The translations under genes were made by a program, and so were the position numbers. A DNA stretch of 60,535 nucleotides from Thermoplasmata archaeon (lineage in GTDB: Archaea; Thermoplasmatota; Thermoplasmata; Halarchaeoplasmatales; Halarchaeoplasmataceae): the NCBI GenBank assembly GCA_003551675.1, contig PUNG01000152.1, forward strand, positions 71,377 to 131,911, given 5' to 3'. The notes below the pieces were generated by a model. It searched no databases, had not been told where the DNA came from, and saw only the letters and a list, made by a program, of their open reading frames with translations. Below are positions 55,887 to 60,535 of the stretch, piece after piece; the first letter of the stretch is position 1, and every line of letters starts with the position of its first letter.

Positions 55887-56186
55887 CTATTTTTTTTCTT
55901 TAATTTTCTTTCTAATTTTTTTGTCTAACCATTTTTGATAGAGATGATCATATATTAGGCCGGCGCCTATCAAAGGAAAGGTTAACCATATCAAAACAGT
56001 ACCATCGAAAAAAAAGCTGCTGAGAAGTAAAGCCGCGGCTAGAGATGCAAATAGATACGGGACCAAACTTTTAAGATTCACGGGAACGTTTATCTTCTTC
56101 ATCTCCTTATCACAGGAGGGACATTTTCTTTTGAATCGGCTGTCCGATATCTCTTCACATTTCTTACAGATATAGCGGGTGGGCAT
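55887..56186 (-). CDS. Small zinc-ribbon membrane protein
   Basis: From the internal ATG the protein reads MPTRYICKKCEEI...CPSC, followed by two hydrophobic helices and a lysine-rich tail. The track's upstream extension is unsupported. Confidence 0.5.
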   Translation of the reverse strand: MPTRYICKKCEEISDSRFKRKCPSCDKEMKKINVPVNLKSLVPYLFASLAAALLLSSFFFDGTVLIWLTFPLIGAGLIYDHLYQKWLDKKIRKKIKEKK

Positions 56187-56315
56187 CAGATCGTTAGGAT
56201 GGCAAATGCTCTTAGTTATATATTGTTTTGACGGTAAATACCACTGCAAAACAAAGGTACAAATCAAAAAGAAATACTTTTATCATCCCTGTTATTTTGG
56301 ATTCGTGGTGCCTAA

Positions 56316-57752
56316 ATGAGCGAGAAAAGGATATTCGATCATCCCGTACTAAAATTCGATAGAGGCCAGGAGTTTTACTTCGAGTTTGAAGGTAAAAAGA
56401 TCAAAGCTTATGAAGGGGAAACCATCGCTTCTGCCTTGTATGCAGACGGTCTTACGAAATTTACCGAGAGTAAAATATTGGAAAGACCAAGGGGGTTTTT
56501 CTGTGCTATAGGAAAGTGTTCATCCTGCATCATGTCTGTAAACGGTAGGCCCCATGTTAGGACCTGTGTGACTCAAGCAGAAGAAAATATGAAAGTCGAA
56601 AGGCACGGAGCTAGACCTAAATTTCCCGGGATAGATGTCGGAAGAGGGAAGGAGATAAAAGAAAAGGAGATCGAGATAGCGATCATCGGCGGAGGTCCCG
56701 CCGGGCTCATGGCTGCAATAACCGCCGCAAAATTAGGTAGCGAAGTTCACCTATTCGATGAAGGCTCTAATCCAGGAGGTCAATTGATAAAACAAACACA
56801 CCAGTTCTTCGGTAGCCATGAAGAGGACGCGGGGACTAGGGGTATAGTTATCGGAGAGAATCTAGCTGAAGAAGCGCAGAAACTCGGCGTAAACATACAT
56901 CCTAAGACCAAAGTACTTGGATACTACTTCGATAGGAAGGTCGCCGTTGAGCGGAAGGGTCGGTTTGAAATCTATGATGTGGGAGGTATAGTCTATGCGG
57001 GAGGAGCTATAGAAAATTATCTCGCCTTCGAAAACAACGATTTTCCGGGTGTTTATGGAGCAGGAGGAGTGCAAACACTCATGAACGAGGAAGGGATAGT
57101 TCCGGGTGAGAAAGTGCTAATGGTGGGTTCCGGTAACGTGGGGTTGATAGTCAGCTACCAGTTACTCCAAGCCGGAGTTGATGTGGCGGAGGTGATAGAA
57201 GCGCTTCCCACCATAGGCGGTTATCAAGTTCACGCTTCAAAGATAAGGAGAGCCGGCGTGCCGATCCAAACAAGCCATACGATAGTTAAAGCGGTCGGCG
57301 AAGATGAAGTCGAAGGCGCGGTAGTTCACCAAGTGGATGAAGATTGGAAAAAAGTTGAAGGAACAGAAAGGAAGATCGACTGTGATATCATCTGCTTAGC
57401 CGTCGGTCTAAGACCTGATACGAGTTTCCTGAGACAGGCCGACTGCGAGATGGAGTACGTGGCGGAACTGGGCGGTTTTGTTCCACTAAGAACCGAGGAC
57501 ATGAGAACGACTACAAAAGGCATCTACGTGGCCGGTGACTCAGCCGGCATAGAAGAGGCTACCGTCGCGGCCTTAGAAGGAAAATTGGCAGGAGCGGCTC
57601 TTCACGAGGAACTGAATGAGGAAGATGAAGAAACGAAAAGATTGAAAAGAGAAGCTAAAAAAGGACTAGAACAGATGAGAAAAGGACCCTATGGCAAGGT
57701 TCCTAGACTGGGTGTTAAAACTTGTACCGTGGACGAGGAGGTGTGCGGATGA
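56316..57752 (+). CDS. 2Fe-2S plus FAD/NAD(P)-binding oxidoreductase, alpha subunit of a PDH1/sarcosine-oxidase/opine-oxidase-like complex
   Basis: The N-terminal 2Fe-2S motif is FFCAIGKCSSCIMSVNGRPHVRTC. The two dinucleotide motifs are IAIIGGGPAGLMAA and VLMVGSGNVGLIV. Confidence 0.75.
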   Translation: MSEKRIFDHPVLKFDRGQEFYFEFEGKKIKAYEGETIASALYADGLTKFTESKILERPRGFFCAIGKCSSCIMSVNGRPHVRTCVTQAEENMKVERHGARPKFPGIDVGRGKEIKEKEIEIAIIGGGPAGLMAAITAAKLGSEVHLFDEGSNPGGQLIKQTHQFFGSHEEDAGTRGIVIGENLAEEAQKLGVNIHPKTKVLGYYFDRKVAVERKGRFEIYDVGGIVYAGGAIENYLAFENNDFPGVYGAGGVQTLMNEEGIVPGEKVLMVGSGNVGLIVSYQLLQAGVDVAEVIEALPTIGGYQVHASKIRRAGVPIQTSHTIVKAVGEDEVEGAVVHQVDEDWKKVEGTERKIDCDIICLAVGLRPDTSFLRQADCEMEYVAELGGFVPLRTEDMRTTTKGIYVAGDSAGIEEATVAALEGKLAGAALHEELNEEDEETKRLKREAKKGLEQMRKGPYGKVPRLGVKTCTVDEEVCG

Positions 57753-57805
57753 TTAAGGACGCTGTCCAATCATCCTCGATCACAAAAGGGGTGATCTACG
57801 GATGA
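57749..57805 (+). CDS. 18-codon uORF 1 (MIKDAVQSSSITKGVIYG), chained by ATGA overlaps
   Basis: The ATG at 57749 overlaps the upstream stop (ATGA), and the stop at 57803-57805 overlaps the next ATG at 57802. An SD-like GGAGGTG lies upstream. Translation is not demonstrated. Confidence 0.35.
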   Translation: MIKDAVQSSSITKGVIYG

Positions 57806-57854
57806 CTAGGGATTATCATCCCGTCATCCTCAATCACAAAGAGGTGATCTGCGG
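57749..57854 (+). repeat. Two tandem 53-nt copies of the gene-junction region
   Basis: Both copies (57749-57801 and 57802-57854) share TCATCCTC(G/A)ATCACAAA...GGTGATCT(A/G)CGG. The 3' end of the upstream gene (GAGGTGTGCGGATGA) is a third, partial copy. Confidence 0.85.
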
Positions 57855-57858
57855 ATGA
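57802..57858 (+). CDS. 18-codon uORF 2 (MTRDYHPVILNHKEVICG), chained by ATGA overlaps
   Basis: The ATG at 57802 is preceded by GGGGTGATC, and the stop at 57856-57858 overlaps the ATG of the ferredoxin gene at 57855. Translation is not demonstrated. Confidence 0.35.
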   Translation: MTRDYHPVILNHKEVICG

Positions 57859-58331
57859 GCGGTCATGAAAATACGGGTGTGGTGAGAAAAGAAGATATGA
57901 ACATACCTGACGAGGAGAGGATAGAAAAAGGTCCGGTAGTTATAATGGAATGCGTCGAAAATATTCCGTGTAATCCATGTGTTGCGGTATGTTCCTTCGA
58001 TGCGGTAAAGATGAAGGAGATCACTGACACGCCGGAGATCGATTTTGATACCTGCACGGGTTGTGGTCTCTGTGTTACCGAATGTCCCGGATTGGCTATA
58101 TTTGTCATCGACTGCAGTTACAGCGAAGATAAGTGTAAAGTCACTGTTCCATATGAGTACTTACCTGTGCCGGAAGAAGGAGACGAGGTCATGGCCCTCG
58201 ATAGAAAAGGCGAAGAGGTCGAAAAGGCGGAAGTCACAGACGTGAGGAAGTCCGGAAAGACCTATGCGGTCACTTTAGAAGTCGATAGGAAGAACGTCTG
58301 GAACGTGAGAGGCTTCGAGGTGATAGGATGA
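57855..58331 (+). CDS. 4Fe-4S dicluster ferredoxin-like subunit
   Basis: CNPCVAVC and CTGCGLCVTECP motifs. The strong SD GAGGTGATC lies 5 nt upstream of the ATG. The stop overlaps the next start (ATGA at 58328). Confidence 0.75.
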   Translation: MSGHENTGVVRKEDMNIPDEERIEKGPVVIMECVENIPCNPCVAVCSFDAVKMKEITDTPEIDFDTCTGCGLCVTECPGLAIFVIDCSYSEDKCKVTVPYEYLPVPEEGDEVMALDRKGEEVEKAEVTDVRKSGKTYAVTLEVDRKNVWNVRGFEVIG

Positions 58332-58606
58332 CCATCGTGGTCTGCAGATGTGAGGACGTGACCGAAGAAGACATCGTGGAAGCGATAGAGGAAGGTTACG
58401 ACGAACTCGAGAAGTTGAAGAGACATCTTCGGTTGGGCATGGGTCCCTGCCAGGGTAAAACTTGTATGCTTATAGCGAGAAGGATCTTAGGTAGAGAGAC
58501 TGGTAAAAGTGTAGACGATATGGACACACCTACGGCACGTCCACCTTCGCAGCCCGTGCCGTTCAGTCTTCTAGCATCTCCCGAGGAGTGTGAAGAGGAT
58601 GAGTGA
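58328..58606 (+). CDS. BFD-like (2Fe-2S)-binding small subunit
   Basis: CRCEDVTEEDIVEAI...GMGPCQGKTC is the BFD-like [2Fe-2S] pattern. Confidence 0.75.
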   Translation: MTIVVCRCEDVTEEDIVEAIEEGYDELEKLKRHLRLGMGPCQGKTCMLIARRILGRETGKSVDDMDTPTARPPSQPVPFSLLASPEECEEDE

Positions 58607-59744
58607 AGAGTACGACGCTGTGATAATAGGCGGAGGCGTGAACGGTCTTGGAACAGCTTATCATCTAGGTAAAAAAGGATCTACCGACGTCGTCGTTCTG
58701 GATAAGTCTTACTTGGGTTACGGCGCCAGCGGAAGGAACGGAGGCGGAATAAGACAGCAGTGGACCTCCGAGGAGAACATCAAATTGGCTCTAGAGAGCA
58801 GGAAGATGTTCGAAAAGTTGAATGAAGAGTTAGAGGAGGACCTTGAATTCTACCAGGGCGGTTACCTAGTTTTGTCCTTTGACGAGGAAGAGGCAGAAGA
58901 GTTCAAGGAGAACGTTAAGCGGCAGAACAGGTTGGGCGTAGAGAGTGAATTTTTGAGTCCCGAAGAGGCGAAAGAGATCGTTCCTGAGTTGGATATCTCC
59001 GAGGTCGTAGCCGCCACGTTCAACCAGAGCGACGGTACGATCTACCCGTTCAAAGTCATCCACGGTTACGCTAACAGAGTCAGAGAGATGGGTATAGAAG
59101 TGAAAGAACATACTGAAGTTACCGATATAGTGACCGACGGAGAAGAGATCAAGAAGGTCAAGACCGATAAAGGAGAAATAAAGACCGATACTGTGGTGAA
59201 CGCGGCCGGTGGATGGTCTTCGCAGGTTGCGGAGATGGCGGGCGCCGAGATCCCGAACGTTCCGGTAAGGCACGAGATCATGGTGACAGAACCTTTCGAG
59301 CGTTTTTTGGAACCTATGGTCATATCTTTCAAGCACGGCATATACTTCAGCCAGAGCGAACACGGTAATATAGTGGGAGGTATCGGAAATCCAGACGAAG
59401 AACCCGGGATAAACCAGAAGGGAAGCCTGTGGTTCTTGAAGACCTTTTCCGACACTTTGTTGGACTTCATACCGAGGTTCAGTGCCGTGAACATGATAAG
59501 GCAGTGGGCCGGTCTTTATGACACAACGCCGGACGCACAGCCCATTTTAGGTTCCGTTCCCGAAGTCGAGCGCTTCTACCAGGTGAACGGATTCAGCGGC
59601 CACGGATTCATGGTCTCTCCCATGGTGGATAAAGTCACTGCCGAACTGGTCATGGGAGAAGAGCCTTCCATGGATATAGAAAGGTTGAAGGTGGAACGTT
59701 TCGAGGATATGGATATAGAAGAAGAGGGCGCAGTGGTCGGGTAG
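58599..59744 (+). CDS. FAD-dependent oxidoreductase (DAO family), beta subunit of an L-proline dehydrogenase/sarcosine oxidase-like complex
   Basis: YDAVIIGGGVNGLGTAYHL, together with the DAO-family length and C-terminal GFSGHGF. The ATG at 58599 is preferred over the GTG at 58590. Confidence 0.8.
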   Translation: MSEEYDAVIIGGGVNGLGTAYHLGKKGSTDVVVLDKSYLGYGASGRNGGGIRQQWTSEENIKLALESRKMFEKLNEELEEDLEFYQGGYLVLSFDEEEAEEFKENVKRQNRLGVESEFLSPEEAKEIVPELDISEVVAATFNQSDGTIYPFKVIHGYANRVREMGIEVKEHTEVTDIVTDGEEIKKVKTDKGEIKTDTVVNAAGGWSSQVAEMAGAEIPNVPVRHEIMVTEPFERFLEPMVISFKHGIYFSQSEHGNIVGGIGNPDEEPGINQKGSLWFLKTFSDTLLDFIPRFSAVNMIRQWAGLYDTTPDAQPILGSVPEVERFYQVNGFSGHGFMVSPMVDKVTAELVMGEEPSMDIERLKVERFEDMDIEEEGAVVG

Positions 59745-60341
59745 ATGTTAGAACCTCTACTTTTACTTGGAACCACGGTGGTGATCTCTCTCAGCGGAGT
59801 GATGATGCCGGGTCCCGTGACCGCGGGAGCGATAACGAAAGGCGCGGAAGACAAAAAAGCGGGAGTGAAGATAGCTTTAGGTCATGCACTAGTCGAATTT
59901 CCCTTGATCGCGTTGGTAGCTTTCGGACTGACTTTCATGGCAACATGGTCCGTGAAAGCCACCATAGGTGTTGTCGGAGGGCTGTTGATGATCTACATGG
60001 GTGTTCAACTTTTTATGCCTGTAAAGGAAGAAGAAAAGAGATTTCCCTATCCGTCAACTCTCGTTGGAGTCGTTACCAGCGGAGGGAATCCTTACTTCCT
60101 CATATGGTGGGCTACGGTGGGAGGAGCCTTGATAAGCCGGGCCCTGGAATACGGTGTTCTTTTTCTTGTACTGTTTGCGGTCGTCCACTGGTCCTGCGAC
60201 CTGGCGTGGTATTCATTTTTGAGCTTTTCTTCGAACAGAACGTTAGAGTACTGGTATGAACACAGGAGAAAGATCTTCGGTCTGTGTGGAGCGTTGATGG
60301 TCGTCTTCGGCGTGTGGTTCATCGTATCGCCGTTCTTGTGA
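59745..60341 (+). CDS. LysE/RhtB-family amino-acid exporter
   Basis: 198 aa with about 5-6 TM helices. The N-terminal motif SGVMMPGPVTA is typical of LysE-type translocators. The start immediately follows the upstream stop. Confidence 0.75.
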   Translation: MLEPLLLLGTTVVISLSGVMMPGPVTAGAITKGAEDKKAGVKIALGHALVEFPLIALVAFGLTFMATWSVKATIGVVGGLLMIYMGVQLFMPVKEEEKRFPYPSTLVGVVTSGGNPYFLIWWATVGGALISRALEYGVLFLVLFAVVHWSCDLAWYSFLSFSSNRTLEYWYEHRRKIFGLCGALMVVFGVWFIVSPFL

Positions 60342-60535
60342 AGTGGGGGAGTTCGTTATATCATATTCTACCTCATAGTCATCGAAAGGACGAGAAGTCT
60401 CTAGTATATATTCGGAAATTATAGTCTTAGACATAACTAATTTGTTATTTTTGAGTAGAACTTTTTAATCCATCCTTTAGCGAAGGTGTTCTTTTTGCTA
60501 AACCGATTGAAGAGTTTCTGGATTGTTTTCTGAAA

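Noticed and set aside
60243-60434. 63-aa minus-strand ORF at the window end (MSKTIISEYILETSRPFDDYEVEYD...)
   Set aside because: The first 30 residues or so look plausibly acidic. The ORF then runs about 99 bp antisense into the LysE gene before stopping, and I could not recognise a family or a clear promoter. It is left unannotated and could be rechecked with sequence beyond the window.

Overview
This 60.5-kb window is archaeal chromosome. Archaeal markers are ribosomal protein S3Ae, NAC, class I LysRS, an XPD helicase, a PGF-CTERM surface protein, and a tRNA with an intron at position 37/38. Predicted proteins are strongly acidic (D/E-rich), as in salt-in halophiles. By inference only, a small halophilic archaeon of Nanohaloarchaeota/DPANN type is plausible. 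Genes are densely packed, and many stop/start overlaps (ATGA) suggest operons.

In order, the window contains:
- a glycerol catabolism cluster (GlpC-like, BON-GlpA, partner flavoprotein, DUF1667, GlpK);
- an acidic CARDB-repeat PGF-CTERM surface protein;
- a roughly 15.6-kb type IV pilus-like locus (9259-24839) with a FlaI/PilB-like ATPase, a TadC/FlaJ-like membrane protein, several pilin-like proteins, a 1238-aa two-pass membrane protein with cytoplasmic zinc fingers, and a 1441-aa giant protein;
- a cyanophycinase/cyanophycin synthetase pair;
- a NadM-PncC fusion;
- a Roadblock/V4R/CBS operon;
- a putative methanogen-type SerRS;
- S3Ae fused to a helix-hairpin-helix tail;
- an intron-containing tRNA-Met;
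- a heliorhodopsin;
- XPD, HypB, Prs, NAC, a HEAT-repeat protein, class I LysRS, a GfcR-like regulator, Ugd and MscS;
- a second copy of the small-protein-plus-giant-protein module (1797 aa);
- a 59-bp tandem repeat abutting a tRNA-Arg(UCU) that has a G3:U70 pair;
- gyrB-gyrA;
- a PDH1/sarcosine-oxidase-like four-component oxidoreductase operon, with two tandem 18-codon uORFs chained by ATGA overlaps, followed by a LysE exporter.

The best candidate for an undescribed system is the pilus-like locus together with its duplicated giant-protein module.
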